Assembly: GCF_009914755.1 (NCBI RefSeq) | Contig: NC_060925.1 | Strand: one strand, 5' to 3' | DNA: 64,000 nt | Source: the human T2T-CHM13v2.0 reference genome, Homo sapiens | Part shown: piece by piece, positions 11,509-26,999 of the stretch | Layout of the letters: each line of letters opens with the position of its first letter | Position numbering within the stretch: position 1 is the first letter of the stretch | Notes under the pieces: generated by a model | Database searches by the model: none | What the model saw: the letters and a program-made list of their open reading frames with translations, nothing else | Told to the model about the DNA's origin: nothing | Translations under genes and position numbers: made by a program

Positions 11509-12620
11509 GTCTTTCTTGAAGTCTACTTTGTTAGTGTAAATAAAACAAAAAGTCTTGGTATATTGTTTTTACCCTGTTGTTTCTTACAGTCTGTATCTTT
11601 ATACTTACTGTGGGTTTCCTGTGAATAAAACATAGTTGGGTCTTGTGTTTTTGTGTTTTTACATGGATTGAAAAATTCTGCCTTTTTTTAATGTGTTTAT
11701 TTTATTGATACTTGATGTAATTATTGATATAGTTGAGCTTAAGTCTACCATCATGGTAATTGTTTCCAAATTATTCAATTATTTTCTTGTTGTTTTTTAT
11801 TTTTCATTGCTTGTAACCTTTGGATTTAAATCATTGTTTTTACTATTCCTTCCTTTCTCTTCCCTTGACTTTTTAGCAATAACTTGTTTTGTTATTTTTG
11901 GTGGTTATTCTAGAAATTACAGTATGAAACTTTAAATTACCATAGTTTCTCTTAAAATAATATTACACTAGTTTTTATACAATGTAGTAAAATAACAGCA
12001 GTCCAATTCAATGGATAACTTCCCACCTGTTTTATTTGTTTATTTTTAGTTCTCTGGTTATAATTTTTCTTTTGTTTAACTTCTATGTATATTATAAGCT
12101 TCACAACATTTGTTATTAATTTTCTTTTAAAGAATGTCTTTTAAAAAATTATATACCCATACACACAAATACACACATTGAATTTTATGTTTATCCAAAT
12201 TTATACCTATTCTGGTGTTCTTCATTCCTTCCTACAGGTACATAATTCCATCAGATTTCATATATATAATTTTCTCTCATTTTCAGAACATCCGATACTA
12301 TTTTTTACAGTACATATATTCTGAGTTTACATTCTTTCAGTCTCTCTGTAACTTGAATTTGCCTTAAGTCATAAGAATATTTTTGCTAATATAGAATTCT
12401 GATTTGACACTTTTTTTCTTCTTTTAACTCTTTAAAGATATTGCTTCAGTATCTTATCTCTTTATTTTCTTTTCTTGTTATTCTTATCATTATTCCAATG
12501 TTTACAGTGTATCTATTATCTCTGATAATAAGATATGTGTCTGTAATTTAGTTTTCAGTAGTTCATATGATGTGTATACATGTGGTTTTATTTGTGTGTC
12601 AATTAATTGAATTGTTCTGA
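11509..12620 (-). mobile_element. Old L1M fragment
   Basis: T-rich degenerate L1 antisense sequence (aacatagttgggtcttg, aatatagaattctgatttgac). Confidence 0.7.
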
Positions 12621-12741
12621 ATAACCATGGAGAATTAAATTTATAATTTATAATTATTCCTTTAAAATACAAGAAGCCAAAGCAAGTATCTATCGAATCC
12701 TACAAATCAGTTTAGGAAGACTTCCAAAGATGTTAAATATC

Positions 12742-13105
12742 TATATTCATCTTTGTCATGCTGCTAATAAGGTCATACCAAAGACTGGGTAATTTATAAA
12801 GAAAAACAGGCTTTATGGACTCAACAGTTCCACATGGCTGGGGAAGCCTCACAATCATGGTGGAAGGTGAAAGGGGGAAAAGGCATGTCTTACACGGTGG
12901 TGGGCAAGAAAGAGAGCATGTGCATAAAAACTCCCCTTTATAAAACCATCAAATCTCATGAGACTTATTCACTATCATGAAACCAGCCACAAGAAAGACC
13001 CATCCCCCTGATTCAGTTACCTCCCACCAGGTCCCTCACATGACATGTGGGAATTATGGGAGCTACAATTCGAGATTTGGGTGGGAACACAACCAAATCA
13101 TATTA
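12742..13105 (-). mobile_element. THE1 solo LTR
   Basis: gactgggtaatttataaagaaaa...gcctcacaatcatggtggaagg...gagatttgggtggg.acaca.ccaaa.catat. Confidence 0.93.
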
Positions 13106-14079
13106 GCGTCCATTTCTGTGCTGCCTTAACCACAGGATATACGTGCTCCTTTACCTTCAGAAAAAGCAAATATATGTGAATGCTGAGGTGGGATTTTGGT
13201 AGCACGCTGAGGGCCTTGCCACATGATCTTCAGCTAAAATCTAACCTAGGCGCCCCCCCAAAAAAAAAAACATAGAGTGAGAGAAATAATTGTCTTTGCT
13301 GCATATTTAAACACCTGATCTATGTCTGTATTTTTTCTTTTATCTTATACAATGAAGATAAATACCTTGCTGTCTTAGATAGTTTATTTCATCTGCAAAA
13401 TTAGAGTAATAAATTTGTTACATCTGTGAAAAATCTGTCCAGTGAATTGATAGAATAATGGCATATGTTAAAAGTTATCATTAATAACTTTTAAATAGAA
13501 ATTCTATGGTTCCCATGACATCCAGACTTCAGATATAGAATTTATTACTTCATTTTATAGCCAATGCCATATTCTGCTTCTGAATACATTTTAATATACA
13601 AATTCAAAATCAATGTAATTTCAATACATTTTAATGTGAATTTTAATATATTATATTCAAAATCACAATGTGTGTGTTATTAAACATGATTGCATCACTT
13701 TACTAAAAAATTTACTCTCTCTTACTCAAAATCTATATGACTTCATTGATAGCATTGACCTTTCTTCTTCCCAAATTTCAACATTAAAAAGTGTTTTGGA
13801 AAAAAATCAATTGGTACTCAAGTTTCAAGGGTGCAGTGGAAATAATTTCATATATCTTCAGAGGCACTTTGTATTTTCATTTTTTCTTCCCTTAAATAAG
13901 GCAGTTGTAAGAGTACCAAATAGTTAATTTTGTGATTTTTTAATTTCTTTTGGGTCCCTATGTTCAATTGAATTAGTATTTTATAATACAGAGAACTCAA
14001 TAAGTAAATTAAGATAAAAGAATACAAATGCACACTAAGGAAATTAAAATTCCAGAGCAGAACCAATTTTATATAGGTA

Positions 14080-14467
14080 TGTGATGGTTAATACTGTGTG
14101 TCAACTTGACTGGATTGAAGAATGCAAATTATTGTTCCTGTGTGTGTCTGTGAGGGTGTTGCCAAAGGAGATTAACATTAGAGTCAGTGGGCTGGGAGAG
14201 GCAGACTTAATCTTAACCTGGGTGGGCATAATCTAATTAGCTGCCAGTGTGGCCAGAATATAAAGCAGGTAGAAAAATATGAAAAGGCTAGACTGGCTTA
14301 GCCTCCCAGGCTACATCTTTCTCCTGTGCTGGATGCTTCCTGTCTTAGAATATTGGACTCCAAATTCTTAAGCTTTGAGACTTGGACTTGCTTCCTTACT
14401 CCTCAGCTTGCAGACAGCCTATCATGGGACCTTGTGATCCTGTGAGTTAATACTACTTAATAAACTT
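14080..14467 (+). mobile_element. MLT2A1-like ERVL LTR, 3' end lost in an AT-rich repeat
   Basis: tgtgatggttaatactg.gtgtcaacttg...gccaaaggagattaacatt...gtgagttaatactacttaataaac. Confidence 0.92.
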
Positions 14468-14915
14468 ATATATATATATGTGTGTAATATAGATATATCT
14501 ATATATGTGTGTGTGTGTATATATAATATGTATAATATATAATATATATCATATATTGTTCTATGTATATTACATATAATATGCATTATATATTATATAT
14601 TGCATATAATATGCATTATATATTATATATTGCATATAATATGCATTATATATTATATATTGCATATAATATGCAATATATAATATATAATATATACACA
14701 TATAATATATATAATTTATATATATTTATATATATTTACATTTATTATATATTTATTATATATAAATATATTTTTATATATTACTTATATATTATATATA
14801 ATATATATAATATATATATTATATATAATATATATAATATATATATTATATATAATATATATAATATATATATTATATATAATATATATAATATATATAT
14901 TATATATATAATATA
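14468..14915. repeat. AT-rich minisatellite complex (30-bp and ~27-bp units)
   Basis: tgcatataatatgcattatatattatatat x~3.5 from 14571; attatatataatatatataatatatat repeats at ~14790-14915. Confidence 0.95.
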
Positions 14916-14999
14916 AATTCAATTAAAAATTTATTAAGCACTGTTTTTGTCAAAAATAAAATCTTCGACTCTCATGGAACTTGTAATGGGTTAGAAAGA

Positions 15000-15571
15000 C
15001 AATATTCCGGTAACTCATTGTCATATGGCCAAGTGCTCCAAAAGGTAGTGGTGTAAAACAACAACCATTTTATTGTCCTTACAGATTCTGTAGGTGAGAA
15101 TTTGGATTAGGCAGAGAAGATGGCTTATCTCAGGTGCCCAATGTCTGGGGACTTATCTGAGAAAACTCTAGAGCTGTAGTCTGGAATCATCTGGACTAGA
15201 GGATTCTTCGGGTCAGCTGGAACGACCCAAAGGCTGAGCTCAGCTTGGACTGGCGAGCAGAGCCCGTGTGTTTGGCCTCGCCATGTGGCCTGGGCTTCTC
15301 ACAGCACTGAAGCTGGATTATGAGATAAAGTGTTCCTACAGTGAACCTTCAAAGAGAACCAACAAAACTTGCCAGTCTTTTTATAACCTAGCCTCAGAAG
15401 CCACACAGCATTGCTTGCACCTTACTGTATTAGTTGAAGCAGTCATGAGCTGCCTAGATTCAAAAGGAGGAAAACTAGACTGTGCTTCTTGATGGAGAGT
15501 GGCCTGTATAGAAGAGCGTGTGAAACAGAAAATATTGTTAGGACCATCTTTGGAAAATATAACCAGCCACT
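15000..15571 (-). mobile_element. MLT1 (MLT1G/H-like) MaLR LTR
   Basis: agtgg..taaaacaacaacc...gcctcagaagccacacagc...ccatctttggaaaata. Confidence 0.8.
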
Positions 15572-15599
15572 GAAAATAAGAAAATTAAAACTAATAGGA

Positions 15600-16480
15600 T
15601 GTAATTTTAGACAGTAATAAAGAGTGAGTCTGCTGAGGTGCCTTTTAGAGAACAGGTTTAGAGAAGTTATCTCAGAAGAAGCCATGTCTAGGCAGAGACG
15701 TGGATGATTAAAAAGAATGAATCAGAGGTAGCAGCAAGCCAAGATCATGCCAATGCACTCCAGCCTGGCAACAGAGTGAGACTCTCTCTCAAAAAAAATA
15801 AAATAAAATCATGCAAAGATCTGAGAATACTACGTCCCAGCAGAGGCAATGCTTAATGCAATGGCCCTGAAATGAGGGGGGAAAAATTAGCATGTTTGAA
15901 AAAAATAAAAAGATCAGTGTGTCTAAAATAAAATGAGACTAAAACAGAGAAAGAAAGGAGATAGTGAAAGAAGTAGCAGGGCCCAAACACAAAACAAAAC
16001 AAAAAGTAAGTAATGCTAATACATATGGAATTTAATCTAATTGTAATTGGAAGGCATTGGTGAGTTTTAAGCAGAGTGAGTAAGGCAATTTATTCTTTCA
16101 CAAATGTCACTCTTGGGGTCTTATAGAGGAGTAATAGTGAAAGCAGGGGGTCTACTGAAATCTAATACAATAAGCCCAGGGGCGGAGGTTAATGACATGG
16201 CCTATGGGGATAATGAAGGAGGTGGTGAGGAGAGGATGGATTGGAAGTGGCATTGGAAAGAAAAAGGGGAATCAAGGATCATAGCATATGGGACAGAATT
16301 TCTGAGTAAATTGTAGTGCTATGAATTGTGATGGGGAAGCCTGAGGTAGAGGAAACTTTTAGTGGAGAGGAAGTAAACGTTTTATTTTGAACATGTTAAC
16401 TTTGGGATAACCCATTAAATGTCTAACATGTTTTATAGGCCAGTAGATGTACTGGAAACAGTGTCAGGAGAAGAATAGAA
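15600..16480 (-). mobile_element. L2 fragment (its 3' end lies at ~14917-14990, split off by MLT1)
   Basis: cccagcagaggcaa...tgcaatggccctga, ggaaggcattggtgagttttaagcagag, ttttgaacatgttaactttg. Confidence 0.75.
15725..15808 (+). mobile_element. Severely 5'-truncated Alu (3' ~60 nt plus tail)
   Basis: gccaagatcatgccaatgcactccagcctggcaacagagtgagactc followed by an A tail. Confidence 0.9.
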
Positions 16481-17349
16481 ATATGGCATTCTTCTACAGC
16501 TAGTATATGTGACTCAAAAATACATTAAAATCATGTAATGATTCACATAAAAACAATTATAAAATTCAAGAAATAATAACTTAGAAACATGTTCCTATTT
16601 AAATGTTTGTAATGCTACACATTATACATTCACAAGGTTCATTTTTACTACTAAATCCTGTTCTCTCACAAACAAATAAGAAAATACAGGAGAAAAAGAA
16701 TGTAGGCCAAAAAGTGCCTGTATTATTAAGCAACAAACTCAGTCCCTTACAACATTTAAATTATTAACATTATCAAAGTCAATGTCCAGAGACTACATTC
16801 TGCCTGCAACCTCGTTTCATTATTCGGCTAAACTCTAAAGAAATACTTCCATAACAAAATGAACAACCTAGATTATCTTTCTACCAGGCCCCAAATCCTG
16901 CCCTCCTATGATTTCCAGAGTGTTTAAGAGGAGTTTGTTTGAGGTTGAGAGATCTGTGTGCTTGCTAGAGTGTATCTTCCTAGTCAGCTAAATGGCATTT
17001 AGAACCTGTTTCTTTCCTTCCTGAGGCTTGTGAGCTGAAAGATTTTCTCAGATACACTCCTCTAATAAAAGAATGAAGATGTTACATGGTATGTTTTATT
17101 CTAGAAAATATTTTTTTTTGCAAAAAAACATTCAGAAAACATTCTACTCTATGATAAAAGTAGTGAAAAACACCAGGAAACATAATAACAACTTCTGGTT
17201 AAAAAGAAAAATAATTAATAAAAGATTAATAAAGTAAGATTCAATCATTCTTAAAAATACAGTATTCAGAACTTTTAATTACATAGATGCATACTTTGAT
17301 ATCATTATGGATGATTGCTACAAAAATACTTTATGATTAAAAATGCAAC

Positions 17350-17632
17350 TTAGCATAGTGGTTAGGAGCAGAGCAGTTTCTGTAGTCAGACATCATGAGT
17401 TTGAATCCTAGCTGTGCTTACTGCCAGCAATTATCTGTGCCTCTGTTTCCATATATGTAAAATTATTGTCACATTAATAATTAATAGAAATAGATATTAA
17501 TAGAACCTTCCTCTGAGGGTTGTTTGGGGGTACTGAATATTTACATATTTTAATAGGAGTAAAGCACTTAGAACAGGAAATGGCACATAGTATGCACTAT
17601 GCCAGCTAAGCCTATATATTAGCTATTATTAT
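17350..17632 (+). mobile_element. MIR
   Basis: agcatagtggttaggagc...tttgaatcctagct...ctctgtttcc...gtaaagcacttagaacag. Confidence 0.8.
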
Positions 17633-17979
17633 TTCTTCTCATTCTTACCCCTTAATCTGCTTGCTATTTAAGAGAATATTATGTGTTATATGATCACATT
17701 GACCACATAGATCCTCTAGCTTTCAAAAACCACATAGATACTTCAGTTTAGGAATTCTAAATGAAAAGCATAGAATACTGAGTTAAAATGCCCATCCTAC
17801 ATTTAGTGGTGACAATGACATTATGCAGAATATTACAGAGGATGGGTGGAAAACGATGTTAATTTTTTCTTAGAAATATAAGAATTGCTATTTTGCTACC
17901 TATTTGCCTGTTACAAATGTGTCAAGAATAAGTAAATAATATCTGAGGACTGCTTTGAGTGCCTAATAAAGTGTATATA

Positions 17980-18170
17980 TCTACTCTACACCAAGCACTA
18001 GGATGAGAGTTATATAGGTAATACATCCTTCAATTCTCATAACAACTGTAAATGAGATGTATTATTTGACCCATTTTACAAATAAAGAAACTATTCAAGA
18101 AGATAAATGTATGCCCTAAGTCCCACAGATGGCAAAAAATGACACTGACATTTGACTCCAAGATCCATGC
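17980..18170 (-). mobile_element. MIR
   Basis: aattctcataacaac...cccattttacaaataaagaaact core. Confidence 0.7.
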
Positions 18171-18410
18171 CTACATATGGCAATAATTATTCCAAAATAT
18201 AAAGAAAAGAAAGTCATAGTATATCTTACTCTATTAAAGTGTCTAGAATTATATAAGAGCAGTTTCTCATTTGGTTTGCAAATAGCGGTTATTCTACACG
18301 AGATGGTGAATTTTGGCCTCATTCGTTAAAAGAGAATATTTTAATTGAGTAAAAGATAGGAAAGTATATTTCAGTACAAATAGCCTTGAATTGGAGGACA
18401 AGTGACTTTA

Positions 18411-19164
<754 letters not shown>

Positions 19165-19424
19165 GAGGATAATTATTTAAATATTAATAGATCTCAGTTT
19201 CCTCAGTTATAAAGGAGGATGTATATACACTATTATATAGACAATGACACTCAGAAAAGATGGGTGAATGGATTTGTTTTGTATAATAGTCTTGGAATTC
19301 TGTAAAGTGTGTCTTTAGAAAAGGGTGTACTTTTTTTAACATTGCATTAGATAATTTCTACAGGGTTAATTATCTGTAAGGATTAGGAAACTTCTCTGTC
19401 AGGTAAAATGTTTAACTTTTTCTG

Positions 19425-19600
19425 TTAATCTTCTCACATAATATTTCCTGAAACCATGCTGTGTATTTATTATTATTCCAGTATTATTGAAAGGAAACTC
19501 AAGTCCAAAAAGATACACAAAATATCCAAGATACAGAGCCAATAAACAATAGAGCTAGGTTTCAGACCCAGATCTGTTGGAATCCACATTATTTTCACTA
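19425..19600 (-). mobile_element. MIR
   Basis: ggaaactcaag...agagctaggtttcagacccagatctg. Confidence 0.6.
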
Positions 19601-21295
19601 CACTTATTGTGCACTTCTATATAGCTACTAAAAAGCATCAAGGTTGAGTTAGTTGAATAAATTCTCTTGATAAAAGAGGCACCTTTTTAGAGGATGAATT
19701 CCCCCCAAATAAGTGATTATTGTCTTATGAATGTATACATTGTTAGCTATTTGAAAAATGTATTATACTGACTGTTCATAGCTCTTGCGTTTGAAATGTT
19801 ACTGTCCTAGTCATTTCCTTAGCATTTACTAAACATAATCCTATTTTCTGATTGTTTATCTGGCACTTCCCAGGGATACTCACTGAAATGCAAGCTGCTT
19901 CATCTGGAAGATAATACTTCATGGTCTATCAAATGAATGCAAGTGGTAACAGACTCGAACTCAGCCTCTGCTATGGAAATACTACACTTAAGCTAACATA
20001 AATAATGCAATCCTTCATGTAGCCACTCACTTTGATGATAACTAAATCCTATCTTCTCAAAGAGATGGCTATGTGATTAAATGATTACACAGGTCTTCTA
20101 GTTTGCACAGTTTTATCCTCTTCATATATGAGTTTTTATATCTTCAGTAGTGATTATTGTATTTTTACCTGAAAATTTCACTATTCTCTCACACAGAGAC
20201 AATGAAAATGCAGAATATCTTGAGAATTGTAAGAGCAAAAACAGAAACAAAAAATACTTCTATTTATAAATTCGAAACAAAAGTTCTTGCTACCTACAGA
20301 ATTTTCTGCATTTGACTTAATGCCATTAATACAAATTCTTAAGGCCTTACATCAGCTGTTGAACTTACTAAGTCCTAGACTTTTCTAAAAAGATTATTAC
20401 TTGCCACATTTGGGAATTGTGTCTGTATCTAATCTTATCTGACTATCAAAATGTGAAACCACATTTAGCCTTTGAATAGCAAGTTCACTAATGTTGATAG
20501 CTAAAATCACAGTGAGGAAAACCTAAAATCTGCCCTCTGACTTGATACAAGAGCATCACACCCTTTCACCTAATAAGGGATAAGGTACATGAATACTCTT
20601 GAGAGTTCCATGACGTTATCCCTCCGAAGTGACCAAAGGTGACCTTTAGGTTCCTCTGGATTGTAAGGGCATTAGTCTTCTCTTCACAATATATTCTGTA
20701 TAAAGTGACTTCTCTTCAAAGTCTTCTTCTTACAAGAAAAGACTTTCCAAATCTCCTCTCCCCTAGGAATATATTTCTCTCTTCTTCCCCAAATCAAGAC
20801 ATGAAAAATACTTTTAAAGTGTTCCCCAAGTTCTAAAAAAAAAAAAGAATGTTTTTATTTGCTTTCAAATAGAGAAACTGTAAAATGTTTAGAAATTGTA
20901 TTACATGTGCTTATTTTCAATTTCTTTTTTTTAATTCTAGAATTCTTTTCTATTTTTTTGAATGAAAAGTACTCTCAAAGGAAAAAAGTAAATAAGATGT
21001 TATATAACATAGGGCACATGAGAGGAAAAATCACTGTTACTAAGATGCCTTCTTTAGAGAAGTATTAGGGTTTTTTGCTGTTGGCTGCTGCTGCTCTTGT
21101 TTTAATTCTAGTAGCAACTAATTTGTACAGATTTAAACTACAAACTCCCTTCCACCGCTTGTACAGTAGCTGATATCTTTACTCAAGTCTCACAGTTTCA
21201 GCTGCTGATTTATTTTATTTTATTTAGCCTGGTTCCTTGGCATTTGCCATAGGCTTGCATAAAATAGGGTCGGCCAAGGATTTGAAGAGAGTATA

Positions 21296-21906
<611 letters not shown>

Positions 21907-22087
21907 TCATATTTAGTGTCTCACCATCTCTGAGGCTTTCTTGATTACTGGAAATCCACTCTCAATTTATTGTTTCTTTGTCAACTTTTTGTGTTGTCTT
22001 CCTATATCTTAAACCTGTAAGATTTCAACTTCCTGCTGACCAAGTTGTAGATGAGTTGGAGAATGTGGTCAATTAAAAAGGAAAAAA

Positions 22088-22265
22088 AAACCTGGTCTCT
22101 ACTAAAAATACAAAAAATTAGCCGGGAGTGGTGGCGGGCGACTGTAGTCCCAGCTACTTAGGAGGCTGAGGCAGGAGAATGGCGTGAACCTGGGAGGCGG
22201 AGCTTGCAGTGAGCGGAGATCGCGCCATTGCACTCCAGCCTGGGCTACAGAGCGAGACTCCGTCT

Positions 22266-22306
<41 letters not shown>
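22088..22306 (+). mobile_element. 5'-truncated AluY with a 40-nt pure poly(A)
   Basis: aatggcgtgaacc, gagcttgc; many CpGs intact; A40 at 22267-22306. Confidence 0.95.
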
Positions 22307-22308
<2 letters not shown>

Positions 22309-22744
22309 AGATACGTAGTGGATCAAATTCACACATTTCAACTTACATCTTTTCTGGGTTCTCCTTGTTTTCTTTTATTTTTGTTTTTCTAGTTGAACTA
22401 TTTCAAGAATAACTCTGCTTTGGTTTCTGTCTTCTTTCTAATGTTTTTCCAGGTCTTTTCACAGTTCTTTTGTAATAATATGTATTTTTCAAGATTTCGT
22501 CTCTTACCTGTAGGAGAACTGACTCACCTCTTCATTCTACCATTTTTCCATTACAGAAGATTTTTAAATTTGGCTTTCTTATATGAGAGAAATCATCTGC
22601 TCTTTTGTTAGAACACACAGTTAATTTTGAGTTTCTGTCACTCACAGATGGAAGGATTAAATGAATTGATACCTTAACCTTGCTTAGGACAGTGTTTGGC
22701 TTATAATAAGTTATCAGTATATGTTACCTATCTTCTTCATTATT

Positions 22745-23301
22745 TGTTTTAGAGTTTTCCAAAGACATAGAATTGTTGGTATAAGATATATAGAGATCTA
22801 TAAGAGGAGATTTATTATGAGAATTGGCTCACATGATTATGGTAGCCAAAAAGTCCTATAATGTGCCCTGTCTGCAAGCTGGAAAATCAGGAAAGCCAGA
22901 CGTGTAATTCAGTTTGAGTTTGAAGGCCCGCAAAGCAGAGGAGCTGATGATGTAAATTCCAGTCTGAGGCCACAGTCTGCCAAAGATGGGGACCTGGCTG
23001 GTGTAAGTCCCTGACACCTAACCAGTAGCTCCTGTATTTGAGGGAAGGGGAAGATAGATGCCTCAACTAAATAAGTGAAAGAGAATTCACCCTTCATCTC
23101 ACTCTCTTCCTATTCAGCCCCAGAAGGACAGGTTGAATGACGCATGCCCACACTGGTGACAGTGAGTCATCTTTATTCAGTCTGTGAATTCGAATGCTAG
23201 TTTATTCTGGTAAAACCCTCTCAGACACACTTCGAAATAATGTAGCAGGTATCTGGGCATCCCTTAGCCCAGCCAAGCTGATTTATAAAATTTACCATTG
23301 C
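22745..23301 (-). mobile_element. MLT2B-like ERVL LTR
   Basis: gagatttattatgagaattggctcacatgattatgg...tctgcaagctgga...tctgggcatcccttagccca. Confidence 0.85.
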
Positions 23302-23599
23302 ATTATTATTATTGCAGTTTTATGCAAGCCCGTGAACCACTCCTGCTCTACAGTTAAGAATGCTCTTGTTACTTATCCACAAGTTCAAGGAACTTCCTAC
23401 ATGCTAGGAATGGAACTGTAAAGATAAGAAGATACTGAGTTTGACTGTGTCTCTGCTCACCGTACAAACTCTTTATATTTCATATTCCAGATCAAATGCT
23501 AACTTCTAGGGGAAACCTTTCCATAATTTCTTAGCCAACTTTTTTTCCCTTTTAACATACTTCTGTTTTACCAGTTATCTTATTATATTATAATTTTTT

Positions 23600-23908
23600 G
23601 TTTATATTTTATTATTACTATTTTGAGATGGAGTCTCACTCTGTTGCCCAGGCTGGAGTGCAGTGGCGCAAATCTCAGCTCACTGCAACCTCCACCTCCC
23701 AGGTTCCAAGCAATCCTCCCGCCTCAGTCTCCGGAGTAGCTGGGATTACAGGCATGAGCCAGGAAGCCCAGCTAATCTTTTTGTATTTTTAGTAGAGATG
23801 GGATTTCACCATATTGGCCATGCTAGTCTCGAACTCCTGAGCTTGTGATCTGCCCGCCTCAGTCTCCCAAAGTGCTGGGATTACAGGCATGAGCCACTGC
23901 ACCCGGCT
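23600..23908 (-). mobile_element. AluS
   Basis: Full antisense dimer. Confidence 0.95.
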
Positions 23909-25901
23909 TTCTGTTTTAATACAGGTTATAATGTAATTTCAGGCAAGCAGTTTCTCTGTCTTCTGTGTACGTACACCTGAGTATTCAAGGTTTCCTTTTT
24001 ATACTCTATGTAAATTTTCCCTGCTATGGGGATCATAATTAGTTTTATTAGTTTTTTTATTCATTTATAATATTTTTTCAAATGCCTAAAATACTTTCTT
24101 AGTTCTTCAGAAATTTCAAATCTACTCAATTTTTATGGGTTAGTGAATTGAACAGCTGGCTCATATCACTCATTACGCTCTGAGAAGGTGACATCGTTTC
24201 TATGTTCTGGGAATATTTTATAATTTTAAAATCTATGATAACATTATTTATCCTTCAACTTGATAAACACTGCTTTTTACTCTCTTACAGCCAAACATCC
24301 ACACAAAGATAATATTTTTTTCAATCAAAAGCACTCAAATTTCCACGATGATCACTGGAGGCTCTTTTTTAAACATTACTATAACTTGTGATTTTGGCTC
24401 TATCATAAGAATTTTATGCTTCTTGCTCCAAACAATGCTTTTTGGGGGTGAAATTAGATTTTTTTCAATTCTTCTCTTTCATATGCCACACTATATTTCA
24501 GACAATCTCTGACTCACACTCAGCAAATACTCTCCAGTTATAAATCCCAGGACTGTGTTTCTCAAGTTATCATTGATTACATATTATTATTACTTTTTAA
24601 TCTGCAATCCAATGCATTCCAATACTTTCGTAAAATGCTCTAAAATTAATTGCTATAAAAATATCATGTACTTGCATGGTGCAACAATGTCAAACTGCCA
24701 TGAAAGTTTTTAAAAGCGTACTCTAAATGTCAGCACATAATTGGTCTGAGAAACACACACTGGGTAGCAATGGTCCTGCATATGCCTACAGAAACTGGTC
24801 AAAAGGAATGGGAATAAAATCTTTATTTCAGTGAGGGCCTCATAACCTATGTTTCTGACATTGCTTTCATCTGTCATCCTACAATATGGTCTCATTGTAA
24901 CCAAAATTATCATCATTGAATTTGTTGCTATCCATTTGACAGAGTTGATGTTAAATCAATTCAAATTCATCTGGTAATTAGACCGACCTTTGAGGCTCAT
25001 GTTGATCATAGGAGTGTTTAAAGAGTATGTGGAATATATTCATAGTTTTTGAAAATCAATATGTGGAGTATTCTGGTTTGACTCTCATATTTATCAAGTA
25101 CAGAGTGGTATTGTGCAGAAATATTTTCTCATCAAAATATGAGAAACATTTCATTAAGCTGTATTTGCATTAATTTAGTAGTTAATGGCATCTCATATCA
25201 CAAGAGCTGGATGAGCTGAGACTCCAGAGGTCTTTTTTACCCCCGTTAGCAATGACATCTTCATTTCCTTGCTATAAAAATTCACTACAAGAAAGCATGT
25301 TCTCATTAAAATAACTATATCTTCCCATTGGTTTCCAAGTTGGGATTCTAAGGCCTACGCAAATAATCAACTTGGAAGATTTTCCATAGTCCCTGATACT
25401 GTATATTGTTAAATGAAATGAAATGATCTTCTCTGTAATGTGCAACCTCAAAACAAGATAGATAGGTATTTCTTACCATGGCTGTCTCAAATAAACCAGT
25501 GACAAACACCTTTATTGTTAAAATTCAGGGTCCAGCCAAGAAATAGACATGAATTTTCAGTTCTGACCAATTTACCTGGGCGAAACCCAGAGTAATTTTT
25601 TTCCTTCCAAGTACTATTTAGCTAAAGATTGCTTTTGTCATATTTGAATGAATTATAACCACTAATTTGATCTTTTAAAGGTTTATCAAAGTAAAATTCA
25701 CTACTGCTTCTCTAAGCCCCAAATTATAAAATATTTTTTCAGATCTTTCAGATGCAAACCAAAAAGGAATATTGTTTGTTCTTTGAGATTTTACTTTTTA
25801 ACTTGTGATGTGAAAATCTTGAATATTATCAGAATTTGTAAGTGGGTGTTTAAATTGAAGATCAGGGATGAGGGAGTTGTCTTTGTCTGCCTAGTATTCT
25901 T

Positions 25902-26208
25902 TTTTTTTTTTTTTTTTTTTTTTGAGATGGAGTCTCTCTCTTTCCCCCAGGCCGGACTGCAGTGGCGCTATCTTGGCTCATTGCAAGCTCTGCCTCCCAG
26001 GTAGGTTCACGCCTTTCTCCTGCCTCAGCCTCCCGAGTAGCTGGGACTACAGGCGCCTGCCACCACGTCCGGCCAATTTTTTGTATTTTTAGTGGAGATG
26101 GGGTTTCACCATGTTAGCCAGGATGGTCTTGATCTCCTGACCTCGTGATCCACCCGCCTCCGCCTCCCAAAGTGCTGAGATTACAGGCGTGAGCCACCGC
26201 CCCCAGCC
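25902..26208 (-). mobile_element. AluY sublineage (Ye/Yk4-like)
   Basis: caggccggactgcagtggcgctatc variant motif; 18-bp TSD tgt[c/t]tgcctagtattctt at 25884-25901 and 26209-26226. Confidence 0.93.
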
Positions 26209-26319
26209 TGTTTGCCTAGTATTCTTGATTTGGCTTTAGCACAGTTTATCTGCATATGATCAGATGCTTTCATATATTCCTTCAACTATGAACAATTTTA
26301 ATAAAATTTTCTTCAGTGC

Positions 26320-26560
26320 TTCATTCTTTAAACAAATATCTACTGAGCACCTAATATATAATAGAAACTGGAACAGTAAAACAAGACAAAATGTAACAAC
26401 ACCAGCACTACCACCACCAACAACGAAAAGACAGGTAATACTCTCAATTTCCATCTCTGGCTTGTAGGGATTACATTCCAGGAGTGGTAAACAGACAACC
26501 AACAAATCAGTGTATTTAAGGAGAAAAATAATACAAGAAAAGAGATTGGGCATTCTGGGT
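26320..26560 (-). mobile_element. L2 3' end
   Basis: ttcattc..taaacaaatat.tactgagcaccta. Confidence 0.65.
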
Positions 26561-26999
26561 GTGAGGGATTATGTGAGCCATAAAGGTTTGCAACTTTTGA
26601 GATACCTTTGACCTTTCCCTTTGATGAATGTCCTACCTCTAGATCGTCCCTTCATCTCTGTCTTGGATCAAGCTTCACATTTCAGAGTGTGAAATCTGGC
26701 TTCCTGAGCAACTACAAATGGGGGTGGAGGGCACAATCACAAAATGCTGGGAGAGTGAGCAACTCTTAAGGTCTACCTTGACCAATGGGAGATGGAAGAG
26801 AGCTGCAAATATGAATCCCTCTTCATTTTCATTCTTGTGCACAAATCTGATAAACAGTTTCTCTTCAGAGGCTTCCAGATAAGCCTTCCATGCCAAGTGA
26901 GCATGTATTCTCAGCAACCTGCTTTGTCTCTTCAATGCTTATTGTGAAGACTAACATACTATAAAGCCAATAAAACCTCTCTGCTTATCCTATGCATTA

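Noticed and set aside
14571-14680. 30-bp direct repeats as a CRISPR-like array
   Set aside because: No spacers; head-to-tail minisatellite in primate DNA
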